DNA of 64,000 bases, taken from the IMG/VR virus record IMGVR_UViG_3300044655_000681; one strand, 5' to 3'. Each line of letters opens with the position of its first letter. Position 1 is the stretch's first letter. A model generated the notes under the pieces. The model did no database searches and had not been told where the DNA came from. It saw only the letters and a list, made by a program, of their open reading frames with translations. Made by a program: the position numbers and the translations under genes. Of this stretch, positions 26,086 to 37,966 are shown one piece after another. This stretch comes from an uncultured virus (IMG/VR IMGVR_UViG_3300044655_000681) (taxonomy: Duplodnaviria; Heunggongvirae; Uroviricota; Caudoviricetes).

Positions 26086-26733
26086 ATGTCAAAAGTTCAA
26101 GCAGTTATTGATCTAAAAAAATTAGGAATGACATTAACCCAATGGAAAAAGTTCATAGGTAATGCTGGTGAATGGCAGCAGATTATCGAATACAGTCGCC
26201 ATATTCGAGATATGACACAAGGGTGGACCAAAGTTGGTAGACTAACTGATTGGAAACCAGCGCACGGTCCTTTTGTTCCCGGAACTTACGCATTTGTCTA
26301 TGACCCAAAGAATAAAATTGAAAACCCCATTACTGAACGCGGAGTTATGAATATAGGTGAAACTACCCGCCCTGGACACAAACGTATTGTTATGCATCAA
26401 CTGTGTCTCAGAGGAAAAAAATCTAATATGGCCGATAAATGGCAATCACAGGCTCCACGTATTAACGAAATGTATAATTGTGATATTTTAAACGAATTAC
26501 ACAATATTACGATATTCTTTCGACCACATAATGTTACAGATGAAGCATTTGAGGGTGATCGAACACATAGCTCTAATATGGAGACACAAGCCCATGCTCA
26601 GTATGCAGCTATCTGGGGAGCATTGACTCCAGGTAATACTAGAGATTTACCAGACGGAAATTTAATTGAACAGTGTCGCGTGTTTTTGGCTGAACGAGGC
26701 CACAAAGTTTATAGACCAAAAAGATTGACATAA
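26086..26733 (+). CDS. Hypothetical protein, possibly divergent GIY-YIG-fold nuclease
   Basis: GTYAF ... MNIGET ... KRIVMH ... E ... PGN spacing resembles GIY..YIG..R..E..N. Confidence 0.45.
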   Translation: MSKVQAVIDLKKLGMTLTQWKKFIGNAGEWQQIIEYSRHIRDMTQGWTKVGRLTDWKPAHGPFVPGTYAFVYDPKNKIENPITERGVMNIGETTRPGHKRIVMHQLCLRGKKSNMADKWQSQAPRINEMYNCDILNELHNITIFFRPHNVTDEAFEGDRTHSSNMETQAHAQYAAIWGALTPGNTRDLPDGNLIEQCRVFLAERGHKVYRPKRLT

Positions 26734-26753
26734 GTAATTATCTGTAATACACT
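26725..26753 (+). promoter_or_regulatory. Probable promoter for groES-groEL
   Basis: TTGACA-17-TACACT. Confidence 0.65.
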
Positions 26754-26817
26754 ATATGTTTCGTGCCTATCTAGGGCGTCGCATATAAATTTTATTTGCT
26801 TAATAAAGGAGTAAGAA

Positions 26818-27111
26818 ATGAAGTTAAATCCAATCCACGACCGCGTAGTCGTCAAACGTATCGATGCCGATACACAAACAGCAGGTGGCATCATCATTCC
26901 AGATAATGTTGCTGAAAAACCAGATCAAGGTATTGTCCTAGCAGTAGGCCAGGGTCGCCGTACAGAAGATGGCACATTAATTCCTATGACGTTGAAAGAA
27001 AACGATCGGGTGTTATTTGGTAAACATTCTGGTCAAGCAGTTAAGATTGAGGGCGAAGAAGTACTCGTTCTTAAAGAAGATGAAATTTTTGCAGTTATTG
27101 AGGAGAACTAA
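26818..27111 (+). CDS. groES: Co-chaperonin GroES
   Basis: [33 protein letters not shown]. Confidence 0.96.
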   Translation: MKLNPIHDRVVVKRIDADTQTAGGIIIPDNVAEKPDQGIVLAVGQGRRTEDGTLIPMTLKENDRVLFGKHSGQAVKIEGEEVLVLKEDEIFAVIEEN

Positions 27112-28737
<1,626 letters not shown>

Positions 28738-28760
28738 TTAACTACTAGTTTAATTCTCTC

Positions 28761-28791
28761 AAAATAGCACCTTCGGGTGCTATTTTTTTTT
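28761..28791 (+). terminator. Intrinsic terminator
   Basis: AAAATAGCACC-TTCG-GGTGCTATTTTTTTTT. Confidence 0.9.
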
Positions 28792-28837
28792 GGCTAGCAT
28801 AAATAACATTATACAGCTTTTTGGGAGATATGGAACA

Positions 28838-29503
28838 ATGGCTAATAAGAACTTCGTAGTTCACAACGGACTCACCGTTGGTGCCTTAACAATCGACGCC
28901 GCAACAGGCGACATCAACACATCAGGTAACGTAAACATTTCAGGTAGCGTTGGCGTAAGCTCTATCGCTAAAAATGATTCTAGCATTAGCATCACTGACA
29001 CTGGATCAGGATCTTCGGTAAGCATTAGCATTGATGGCACAACAGAACACACAGTCGACGCAGACGGTGTAAATTTAGCAACCGGTGACAGGTATGCTAT
29101 TAACGGTACATCAGTACTAAACGCAACTACACTTGGATCTGCTGTAGTAAATTCTAGTTTAACTACAGTAGGTAACCTAACAGCATTAAGCGTTGCCGGT
29201 GATACTAGTATCTACGGTAACTTAACTGTACAAGGTTTAAGTACACTTAACGGTGGCACACTAACACTTGGTGATAGTAATACAGATAATGTTGTATTTG
29301 GCGCAGATATTAATAGTAATGTTATTCCAAATACAAATTCTACATTTAACTTAGGCAGTTCTAGTTATCGTTGGAACAACGTTTACGGCACAACAGGTAA
29401 TTTAACTACACTATCAGTAACAACTGCAGCTGGAATTACATTAGCTGGAGCAATAGTAGCAACAACAGATGACGCAACCGCTTTAGCGATCGCATTAGGA
29501 TAA
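28838..29503 (+). CDS. Putative tail fibre/virion protein
   Basis: CATAAATA late-type promoter at 28798; G/T/N/S-rich; FNLGSSSYRWNNVY motif; ends ALAIALG. Confidence 0.7.
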   Translation: MANKNFVVHNGLTVGALTIDAATGDINTSGNVNISGSVGVSSIAKNDSSISITDTGSGSSVSISIDGTTEHTVDADGVNLATGDRYAINGTSVLNATTLGSAVVNSSLTTVGNLTALSVAGDTSIYGNLTVQGLSTLNGGTLTLGDSNTDNVVFGADINSNVIPNTNSTFNLGSSSYRWNNVYGTTGNLTTLSVTTAAGITLAGAIVATTDDATALAIALG

Positions 29504-29507
29504 TTAT

Positions 29508-29840
29508 ATGGCAAATACATTTTATAGAAAATTAAGTAGAAACGTAGGAACATCTTCAACGGCAATTGGTAGTTATACTGTTGCTGCAGATACTACTTCA
29601 GTAATAGTTGGATTAACTGTGTGTAATACATCGGGTGCTACAGTAGCAGTAGATATTACTGTAAACGACGGCACAAATGATTATTACATTGTTAAGGCAG
29701 CTCCTATAAGTGCTGGTGGTGCTTTAGTACCAATTGGTGGCGAACAAAAGATTATTTTAACTACCAACGACAGTGTTAAAATTAAAAGCGATTCAGCAAG
29801 TTCAATTGACGCAGTTTTAAGTATCATGGAGATAACATAA
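29508..29840 (+). CDS. Putative virion structural (fibre connector) protein
   Basis: MANTF...SIMEIT type small protein typically found between fibre genes of large myoviruses. Confidence 0.65.
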   Translation: MANTFYRKLSRNVGTSSTAIGSYTVAADTTSVIVGLTVCNTSGATVAVDITVNDGTNDYYIVKAAPISAGGALVPIGGEQKIILTTNDSVKIKSDSASSIDAVLSIMEIT

Positions 29841-29841
29841 T

Positions 29842-31452
29842 ATGGCATATATTGGTTTACAACCTCAACAAAGAACGGTTGCTACCAGTACACAAACACT
29901 TAGCGGGAATGGTGCCGACTTTGAATTTAGTCTTAACCGAGCAGTAAGTAAAGCTGCTGACGTTTTAGTATTTGTGGGTTCCACTGTACAAGTTCCGGAA
30001 CTTGATTATACTGCGTACGATAACACACTATTATTTTCAACTGCTCCAACAAGTGGCACTAATAACATCAGTGTTAACTACAAAGCAGGTGCATTATCTA
30101 CTATCTATATTTCAGCAAACTCGTATCCTGTTGGATCAACTGTTAGTCCAAGTATTCGGTCAGCTGATGCTGCTAGTACTGGTATATATTTTCCAACCAC
30201 TACTAGTTTAGGTTTAACTGTTTCTGGAAACACACGATTAACAGTTACAAATAGCCCAACTGCTTCGAGCACATCAACTGGTGCTGTTCGTATTGTTGGT
30301 GGCGTGGGTATTTCGCAAAAATTGTACGTCGGCGGTGCTACTAACATTGTCGATACTACGCAGGCTACAAACAGCACAAGTGGTGCTCTTATTGTAGCAG
30401 GTGGTGCTGGTATTGCTAAAGACGTGTTTATTGCTGGCCAACTATCAGTAGCCGGTGACTTTACAGTAGCGGGGCAATTTACCACAACAGGTTCAGATAG
30501 TTTAGCAGTTAACGATCCGTTTATTTTCCTAGCCAATGCCAACCCAGGCGATAACTTAGATTCCGGTTTTGTTTCGTCATATTATGATGGTAGTAATACA
30601 CGCTATACAGGCATATTCCGCGATATTACAGACAGTAAATATAAATTATTTAAAAATTTACTAGTACAGCCAACTACTACTGTAGACACTGGTAACGTAA
30701 GTTTTCAATATGCTGATTTTGTAGTAGGTAATCTAACAGCAACAACTATTACAGGTACAGTAGATGGAGCAAACATCACTACTATAGGTAACCTAACTAG
30801 TTTAAGTGTTGCTGGTACTGTTTCTAGTTGGGGCATTAACTACCTTTACAGTACTCAGGCTGCTAGTTCAACAACTACAGGCGCTCTACAAGTTAAAGGT
30901 GGTGCCGGTATAGTTGGTAATTTATACGCAGGTGCTTTTTATACTGCGGGTGCGCTGAATGTAAACAGTGGCAACGGTGCCATAGCTATAGTTAATAGTG
31001 GTACTAGCGGCGTAGGTAATGTTGGAGCAAGTGGTGCTGCGTTTAACACAGTATTTGCTAAATCAACTTCAGCACAATACGCTGACGTTGCTGAAAATTA
31101 TCTAGCAGATGCAGCATATGAACCAGGTACAGTCCTACACTTTGGTGGCGAGTACGAAGTAAGTCAATGTAACGTTGATGCTTGTACACGAGTAGCTGGT
31201 GTAGTATCTACAAATCCAGCATACATCATGAATGATGCTTTAGCGGGTGAACATGTAGCCACAGTAGCGTTGCTAGGTCGTGTGCCTTGTAAGGTGGATG
31301 GTCCTGTACAACGAGGTGATATGATGGTCTCGGCAGGTAATGGCCGTGCTAGGTCTGACGCTAATCCTAAACTAGGATCAGTGATAGGTAAAGCATTAGA
31401 GGACTTTAGTGGCACTACAGGCGTTATTGAAGTAGTTGTAGGTAGGAACTAG
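29842..31452 (+). CDS. Tail fibre protein with C-terminal intramolecular chaperone-like domain
   Basis: MAYIG start; STSTGAL.V.GG.GI repeats; YADVAENY...GVVSTNPAY...GRVPCKV...IGKAL C-terminus. Confidence 0.75.
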   Translation: MAYIGLQPQQRTVATSTQTLSGNGADFEFSLNRAVSKAADVLVFVGSTVQVPELDYTAYDNTLLFSTAPTSGTNNISVNYKAGALSTIYISANSYPVGSTVSPSIRSADAASTGIYFPTTTSLGLTVSGNTRLTVTNSPTASSTSTGAVRIVGGVGISQKLYVGGATNIVDTTQATNSTSGALIVAGGAGIAKDVFIAGQLSVAGDFTVAGQFTTTGSDSLAVNDPFIFLANANPGDNLDSGFVSSYYDGSNTRYTGIFRDITDSKYKLFKNLLVQPTTTVDTGNVSFQYADFVVGNLTATTITGTVDGANITTIGNLTSLSVAGTVSSWGINYLYSTQAASSTTTGALQVKGGAGIVGNLYAGAFYTAGALNVNSGNGAIAIVNSGTSGVGNVGASGAAFNTVFAKSTSAQYADVAENYLADAAYEPGTVLHFGGEYEVSQCNVDACTRVAGVVSTNPAYIMNDALAGEHVATVALLGRVPCKVDGPVQRGDMMVSAGNGRARSDANPKLGSVIGKALEDFSGTTGVIEVVVGRN

Positions 31453-31460
31453 GAGAAGAT

Positions 31461-31865
31461 ATGGCATATATTGGTCAAACCCCACAAGTTGGGAATTTTG
31501 TTAAATTAGATGATATCAGCGTATTATTTGATGATAGTCAGTCTACATTTAACACAGAAGTATCGAGTGTTTCTTACACAGTTAGTAATCCTTTTGCTAC
31601 ATTGGTGATTGCAGATGGTAATGCGCTTGAACCTGGAGTAGACTACTACTTCAACAACGACACAATCGTTTTTAACACAGCACCATCGAGTACTTGGTTA
31701 AATAAGTTTTGGGTCATAGTGTATGGAGACGTACTTGATTCTGGTATACCAAGTGCCGGAACTATTACTAATGACAAACTTACTAACAGTACGTTGGCAT
31801 ACGTTAAATTTTCAGCAACATTAAAAGCTAGATTGCTAGCAGACTCTATTATTTTCGGGACATAA
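31461..31865 (+). CDS. Putative virion structural protein
   Basis: MAYIG start, KLDDIS..FD, LEPGVDY motif. Confidence 0.65.
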   Translation: MAYIGQTPQVGNFVKLDDISVLFDDSQSTFNTEVSSVSYTVSNPFATLVIADGNALEPGVDYYFNNDTIVFNTAPSSTWLNKFWVIVYGDVLDSGIPSAGTITNDKLTNSTLAYVKFSATLKARLLADSIIFGT

Positions 31866-31869
31866 AAAA

Positions 31870-34800
31870 ATGGCAAGACAACAACTTAAAAATTATGTGT
31901 TTACACCAGGTGGTTCTGGAGTAGGTACTGTTAAATTACCGGGTAATTATGAATTATCTGACATCTTAACAATCTTAAATGCTACTGACCAAACATTTAT
32001 TTACAACTTTGCTGACCCGGGAATGGGTGCTACAATATCTTGGGTTGCTGGAACCGACAGTGATTTCCCACAAAGCCAAGACGGTGTAACTACGTTAACT
32101 CTTACTTCTAGTACTTCGAGTATGAGTGCTAGTGACACCTTAGCGGTATACGCTGAAACAGGTGCTCAAATTACTCGTCCTTGGGAATTTGGTACTGATG
32201 CTGTTGAACGTACACGTGTAGCTGCGCCACAATCACTAATCGATGCTGACTTTGAGTACGGCTTACAAAATACCAAATGGCAATCATTATTCTTAAATAA
32301 CGATATTCCAAGTTTATATGAATTACCCGGTAGTGAAATTACAGCCAACACCTCGGGTTATGTAACGTTCTTAGGCACTGGTACTGTTTCAAACAATAGT
32401 GATACTAGTATTACATTAACTAACCAATCTGGTGACACTGGGTCAGCTAACTGGACAGCTAACGACTATGCTTTAATTGTTAACCCATACGTGGCTGGCC
32501 CACCCGGAACTACTTATGTAACAGCCAATGCTGCGATCGGTAACCAAAGAACTATTATTGTAGCTAACACAGCACCTTACTCGGCTGGGGATCAGCTAGT
32601 AGTTAGTTACTTACCTACTACTAACCAAACCACAGTGGCTACAACTATTTCATCTGGCGCTACTACTACTCTTGCGTTGACTAGTGCTAGCGGTATTGCT
32701 GCCGGTGCTATGTTAATGGTACAAACTAACACAGCAGATGTTTGGGAATTGATGATGGTTACTAGCGTCGTAATTAATGACGCTACAGTAGTTCGTCGTC
32801 GTATGAACAGTAACTCAGGTAATATTAACCTAAACAGCGGCAACGGCGTTCGTATTGTAGGCAACGTTGAAATAGCAAAAATTCAATCAGTTGACAGCAA
32901 TACCGCATTAAGTTTAGATCGCGCTTGGATGAACATACCGTCAGCTGATAATTTATTAGCAGGTTCTGTACTACAAAAACTTAACTTCGATCCGTTAACA
33001 GGGTCTGGTTCAAACGTAGAAATCGTTAAAGCTTCGAGCATAACAACTACTCTTAACGGTGCGCAGACAATCGCTCGTGCGCAAGCAGGTACAACAGCGA
33101 TTAATGCTGCTCCTGAAGGTAGTTACTATATTCGATTAGCTGGTGTTTTCCAAGCAGGGTCTACTAACGTACCACAAGTAGGACTTAATATTCCAGCACA
33201 TGGCCACAGCGGGGGTCAATTTACTTCAACTACTAACCATAACAACAGTAATACAGAAGGTATATACCAGCTTGTTACTGCTGAGACTAATTATTTCTTC
33301 TACTATCCACGCAGATCAACTAACTTAAACATTGGTTATCCATTGAATCGTTATGATACACAAATTCGTAAAGCAGCTTTGTTTACAGGTGCTTCACTAC
33401 CAATATCAACTATTACTAGTGATGGGGGTACTCCGAGTACTATCACAGTAACAACTCCATATGCTCACGGTATTAGTCCAGGTACTCCAATTATTGTTGA
33501 TCTGAACGCAGGTACTAACCAACAAGTTGGTGAAGGTTCATTTACTGTATTGAGTATCCCTTCAACAACTACATTTACCTATCAAGGTAAAGCAGGCGGC
33601 GCATTAAGTGGCTCACCAGCTGGTAGTGTTTACATTCGTCCAAGTGCATTCTTTATACATAGACCGTTTGATGGCGGGGTATTGTTAGGTTCAGGCACGC
33701 CGCACCATGGTGCTATGGCTGCTAGACAAAGTAAAAAATACTTCCGTTACCAATCTGGTAAAGGTCTAATGTGGACTTCTGGTACCTTACTATCAACTAA
33801 CTTCGACGTAGCGGCTATTACTGCTGATGGAACCACAGCATTGTCGAGTACTATTACAATTACTTCAGAAAATGAACACTATTTACAAATCGGTGCTAAC
33901 GTTAAATTAAGTGGCATAGCTACCAGCGGATATAATGGTAATTATACTATATCGTCTATTACATCTGACAATACATTTACAGTAACGGCTCAAGAAACCC
34001 TAGGTTCAGCGACACCAGTTCTTAACGAACAACCTAAAATTAATGTTAGTGGGTGGCACGGCGCTTCGGTACGTGCCGGTATCTTTGATGAACAAAACGG
34101 TGCTTTCTGGGAAAATACTGGTGTTAAATTAAACGTAGTACTGCGTTCAGCTACATTCCAAACTACAGGTTTTGTGAGTTTAGAAGTTGGTAGTAACTTA
34201 ATCACAGGTGATGGTACATGTCGCTTTAAAGAACAGCTAAAACAATATGATCGCGTGGTTATTCGCGGTATGAGTCATACAGTGACAAGCATCAGCGATA
34301 ATAACAACATGACGGTTAGTCCGCCATGGCGTGGTGTAAGCAATCAATCTCGTGTTAAAATGTCACGTGTTATTGAAAAACGAGTGCCACAAAACGAATT
34401 TAACATTGACAAGATTGATGGTACTGGCCCTAGCGGTTACCAAATTGACGTTACTAAAATGCAGATGCTATTAGTACAATACACATGGTACGGTGCTGGT
34501 TTCGTTGAGTACGGCGTGCGCGGTCCAAACGGTAACTTCATTATGTGTCATCGTATTATGAATAATAACGTTAACGATGAAGCTTATTTCCGTTCTGGTA
34601 ACTTACCAGTGCGCTATGCTGCTAACAATGAATCACCTGGATCTAAATTAACAAGTACAATTAACTCAGGAGCGTCAACATTGACAGTAGATGATGCTAG
34701 TCAGTTCCCTCCCGCAACTATAGCTAACCCAGTGTATATACAAATTGAAAATGAAGTTATCAAATACTCTAGTATTGATTATTCATTGAATCAATTAGGT

Positions 34801-35550
34801 AACCTAACACGCGGTGCTACATTTACTCTGTGGCAAGATGGTGGAAGTAAATCATTCACTATGGGATCAGCTGCCAGTCACGAGGCAGGACTTGGTGTAG
34901 CAATATTGAGCTGTACCAGTGCTCCTACAATTAACCACTGGGGTTCAGCAGTGATTATGGATGGCGGTTTTGATGAAGATCGAGGCTATTCATTTACATA
35001 CTCATCTGGTAACGTTGCGTTCCCGACGGGAACAGGAACAGTCACATCATTCGCTATGCGCCTAACACCAGCAGTATCAAATACTATTATTGGTGACTTG
35101 GGCACACGTGACTTGATTAATCGTGCGCAATTAATCCTAAATGACATGGTTGTAAACTTTACTGGTGCGAATAGTCGTTACTTAGTTGAGGGTATTTTAA
35201 ATCCAACTAATATTAATGCTGCAACAACTGGGTGGATTAACTTAAACAGTGCTGCCAGTGGCTTCCAACCAAGCTTCACACAGTTTGCTGCAAATAGTTC
35301 AATATCATACACAAGTTTAAGTTATGCTACAGGTGGTGAACGTTTGTTTGCTATTCCAATTAACTCAACTAACTCTGGTACACTAGATCTAAGTCGTGTT
35401 AAACAGATTGTTACTTCAGCTATTCCGGGCACTGGTGTTTATCCAGATGGTCCAGAATTATTGGCCATTAATGTAACATCATTGACTACAATAGGTACAG
35501 CAAATACACGTGGTGATATTCAAATTTCGTTTACTGAATCACAAGCGTAA
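31870..35550 (+). CDS. Large virion structural protein (tail-associated, 1226 aa)
   Basis: T/S/G-rich beta protein; DADFEYGLQ.TKW and RQSKKYFRYQSGKG motifs seen in myovirus structural proteins. Confidence 0.7.
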   Translation: MARQQLKNYVFTPGGSGVGTVKLPGNYELSDILTILNATDQTFIYNFADPGMGATISWVAGTDSDFPQSQDGVTTLTLTSSTSSMSASDTLAVYAETGAQITRPWEFGTDAVERTRVAAPQSLIDADFEYGLQNTKWQSLFLNNDIPSLYELPGSEITANTSGYVTFLGTGTVSNNSDTSITLTNQSGDTGSANWTANDYALIVNPYVAGPPGTTYVTANAAIGNQRTIIVANTAPYSAGDQLVVSYLPTTNQTTVATTISSGATTTLALTSASGIAAGAMLMVQTNTADVWELMMVTSVVINDATVVRRRMNSNSGNINLNSGNGVRIVGNVEIAKIQSVDSNTALSLDRAWMNIPSADNLLAGSVLQKLNFDPLTGSGSNVEIVKASSITTTLNGAQTIARAQAGTTAINAAPEGSYYIRLAGVFQAGSTNVPQVGLNIPAHGHSGGQFTSTTNHNNSNTEGIYQLVTAETNYFFYYPRRSTNLNIGYPLNRYDTQIRKAALFTGASLPISTITSDGGTPSTITVTTPYAHGISPGTPIIVDLNAGTNQQVGEGSFTVLSIPSTTTFTYQGKAGGALSGSPAGSVYIRPSAFFIHRPFDGGVLLGSGTPHHGAMAARQSKKYFRYQSGKGLMWTSGTLLSTNFDVAAITADGTTALSSTITITSENEHYLQIGANVKLSGIATSGYNGNYTISSITSDNTFTVTAQETLGSATPVLNEQPKINVSGWHGASVRAGIFDEQNGAFWENTGVKLNVVLRSATFQTTGFVSLEVGSNLITGDGTCRFKEQLKQYDRVVIRGMSHTVTSISDNNNMTVSPPWRGVSNQSRVKMSRVIEKRVPQNEFNIDKIDGTGPSGYQIDVTKMQMLLVQYTWYGAGFVEYGVRGPNGNFIMCHRIMNNNVNDEAYFRSGNLPVRYAANNESPGSKLTSTINSGASTLTVDDASQFPPATIANPVYIQIENEVIKYSSIDYSLNQLGNLTRGATFTLWQDGGSKSFTMGSAASHEAGLGVAILSCTSAPTINHWGSAVIMDGGFDEDRGYSFTYSSGNVAFPTGTGTVTSFAMRLTPAVSNTIIGDLGTRDLINRAQLILNDMVVNFTGANSRYLVEGILNPTNINAATTGWINLNSAASGFQPSFTQFAANSSISYTSLSYATGGERLFAIPINSTNSGTLDLSRVKQIVTSAIPGTGVYPDGPELLAINVTSLTTIGTANTRGDIQISFTESQA

Positions 35551-35569
35551 TTGTAATGTAGTAAAGAAT

Positions 35570-35596
35570 AATAGGACCTTCGGGTCCTATTTTCTT
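35570..35596 (+). terminator. Intrinsic terminator
   Basis: AATAGGACC-TTCG-GGTCCTATTTTCTT, followed by GATAAATA late-type promoter. Confidence 0.85.
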
Positions 35597-35627
35597 GATA
35601 AATACTCTAAAGACAAGAGTTTAAATA

Positions 35628-37904
35628 ATGGCATTAACCAGACCAAGATATAGTCAAATTTACGATACCGATTACAAACAAAGCGTCCGTGTGGCAACCA
35701 CAGAGGATGTTGGTAATCTGTTAGCTACAGGTAATATGACCAACACGATTGATGGTAAATCATTAGCCGTTGCTGACCGTATTTTAGTTAAAGACCAAAG
35801 TGACATTAAACAAAATGGTATCTATAGAGTAGTAACTGCGGGCACAGGCAGTGATGGTACGTGGGTTAGGGCATTAGATGCCGACGCTAGTGATAAAGTT
35901 ACAAGTGGTATGACTACCACTGTTGCCGAAGGCGATACTCATATTAGTAAAACATTCAAATTATCCACCCCCGATCCTATTACGTTAGGAGTTACAGGGT
36001 TAACTTTTATTAACCCATTTGTAGCAGGTACGGCTGCGGGCGGCAATACACAAATACAATTCAATGACAGTGGTGTTGCTGGCGCTACAGCTGGATTGAC
36101 GTTTAATAAGACTGGTAATGTATTAACAGTCGGTGGTAATATTAATGTAACAGGTAGTATATTGCCATCAGCAAATATTACCTATGACTTAGGTAGTCCT
36201 ACACAACGTTGGCGTGATGGCTGGTTTAGCGGCACCACCATACATATCGGTACTGAATCAATGAGTGTTGGTACGGACGGTACTTGGGCATTTACCAGTG
36301 GTGGCTCTACAGTACAACTAGGGATAGACGCAGACTTCAATCCGCCAAATGCCAATATCTCAGGCAATGTAACTGCTACTAATTATTTGTTTGCCAACGG
36401 CACTCCGGTAATGACTGTAGTTGGTACTATGATTAGTGTTGCTAATACTGCTATGAAAGGCTATGCTGACAGTGCTGTATCAACGTTAACCAGCAACGCG
36501 GCAGTACAAGCAGGTGATATAGCAACTCTTTACGCAAACGTTGGAGTACAATCGGGCAGTATAGTAACAGCTAATACTGCTATGAAAGGTTATGTTGACG
36601 CAGTTACTACTGCGTGGACTGCTAATGCCGGAGCACAAAGCGGTGCTATCGCTAGTACAAACACAGCAATCACCACAGCTAACACAGCTATGAAAGGGTA
36701 TGTAGATGGGCAGATTACTAGTCTGGTTAATGGATCCCCGTCGACATTGGATACGTTAAATGAACTTGCATCTGCGTTAGGCAATGATGCTAATTTGAGT
36801 GTGACACTTACCTCGTTAATTGGTAATGTACAAGCAAATGTTACCTCTGCCAACACAGCAATGAAAGGATATGTTGATGCAATAAACACAACACTAACTT
36901 CAAATGCTGCTGTACAGTCTGGTGCTATTGACAGTGCCACAACAGCTATTACCACAGCCAACACAGCAATGAAAGGGTATGTTGACAGCGGGCTAACTGC
37001 ACGTGTTACAAGTGTTTCAGGAACCGCACCAGTTACATCAAGTGGCGGAACTACACCGGCAATTAGTATGGCAGCCGCAACTGCATCAGCTAATGGTTAC
37101 ATGACCAGCACCTATGCCTCTAAATTAGATGGTATTGCGGCCGGTGCAACTAATGTAACTAACACCAATCAACTTACTAATGGTGCTGGATTTGTTACAG
37201 CATCAGTTACATTAACTACTGCGGCACAACCAAACATTACGTCAACTGGTACATTGACTGGTTTGACCTTGTCTGGAACGATTACCGGTAAAACTGGCAC
37301 AGGCGGTAACGTTGCGGCATCAAATGATTCAGGATCAATGAGTGTCCGCGGTGACAGCACTAATGCGGCAGTAATTTCATTCCATCGACCGGGTGCATAC
37401 GCAATTAATATGGGGCTCGATACCGATAATGTGTTTAAGATTGGTGGTTGGTCGGACGGTGCAAGTACATATCGTATGCAGGTTACATCTGCAGGAGTTA
37501 TTACCGGCACAGCAACTACCGCACGTTACGCTGACTTAGCCGAAGTTTATCGTAGCGATCGTAACTATATCCCGGGCACTGTGTTAGTATTTGGTGGTAC
37601 TAGTGAAGTTACAGTCAGTTTAATTAGTCACGATACTAAAGTTATAGGTGTGGTATCAACTAACCCAGCATATCTAATGAATAGTGAGTTAGAGGGTGTA
37701 GCAGTAGCTCTACAAGGTCGTGTACCCTGTCGTGTATTAGGTCCTGTGGTTAAAGGTGATCGTGTAGTTACTAGTGATGTACGCGGTGTAGCAGAACGTT
37801 TAGATATGACCAAATATCAACCAGGTTGTATCATTGGCAAGGCATTAGACTCTGTGCCAGATGGTGAAATAGCCACAATCGAAGTAGTAGTTGGGCGCAA
37901 TTAA
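35628..37904 (+). CDS. Tail fibre protein with coiled-coil repeats and C-terminal chaperone-like domain
   Basis: DRILVKDQ...QNGIY..W.RA.DAD N-terminal module; PSTLDTLNELASALGND; YADLAE...GRVPC...IGKAL..IEVVVGRN. Confidence 0.8.
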   Translation: MALTRPRYSQIYDTDYKQSVRVATTEDVGNLLATGNMTNTIDGKSLAVADRILVKDQSDIKQNGIYRVVTAGTGSDGTWVRALDADASDKVTSGMTTTVAEGDTHISKTFKLSTPDPITLGVTGLTFINPFVAGTAAGGNTQIQFNDSGVAGATAGLTFNKTGNVLTVGGNINVTGSILPSANITYDLGSPTQRWRDGWFSGTTIHIGTESMSVGTDGTWAFTSGGSTVQLGIDADFNPPNANISGNVTATNYLFANGTPVMTVVGTMISVANTAMKGYADSAVSTLTSNAAVQAGDIATLYANVGVQSGSIVTANTAMKGYVDAVTTAWTANAGAQSGAIASTNTAITTANTAMKGYVDGQITSLVNGSPSTLDTLNELASALGNDANLSVTLTSLIGNVQANVTSANTAMKGYVDAINTTLTSNAAVQSGAIDSATTAITTANTAMKGYVDSGLTARVTSVSGTAPVTSSGGTTPAISMAAATASANGYMTSTYASKLDGIAAGATNVTNTNQLTNGAGFVTASVTLTTAAQPNITSTGTLTGLTLSGTITGKTGTGGNVAASNDSGSMSVRGDSTNAAVISFHRPGAYAINMGLDTDNVFKIGGWSDGASTYRMQVTSAGVITGTATTARYADLAEVYRSDRNYIPGTVLVFGGTSEVTVSLISHDTKVIGVVSTNPAYLMNSELEGVAVALQGRVPCRVLGPVVKGDRVVTSDVRGVAERLDMTKYQPGCIIGKALDSVPDGEIATIEVVVGRN
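36441..36986 (+). repeat. Five intragenic copies of a 30-nt repeat encoding ANTAMKGY(V/A)D
   Basis: Copies start at 36441, 36570, 36678, 36849 and 36957, in frame, mostly with synonymous differences. Confidence 0.9.
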
Positions 37905-37908
37905 TCTC

Positions 37909-37937
37909 TTGACAACCTAATCAATTGGCTGTATAAT
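37909..37937 (+). promoter_or_regulatory. sigma70 consensus promoter
   Basis: TTGACA-17-TATAAT. Confidence 0.85.
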
Positions 37938-37966
37938 ATGCTTTATACTAATTAATAAGGCATGTC

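Noticed and set aside
26757..26817. CIRCE element or RNA thermometer in the groES leader
   Set aside because: No TTAGCACTC-N9-GAGTGCTAA match, and only a short weak hairpin that does not clearly cover the RBS.
36441..36986. 30-nt repeats as CRISPR or DGR template/variable repeats
   Set aside because: They are in-frame coding repeats with mostly synonymous variation, not adenine-specific, and no reverse transcriptase is in the window.
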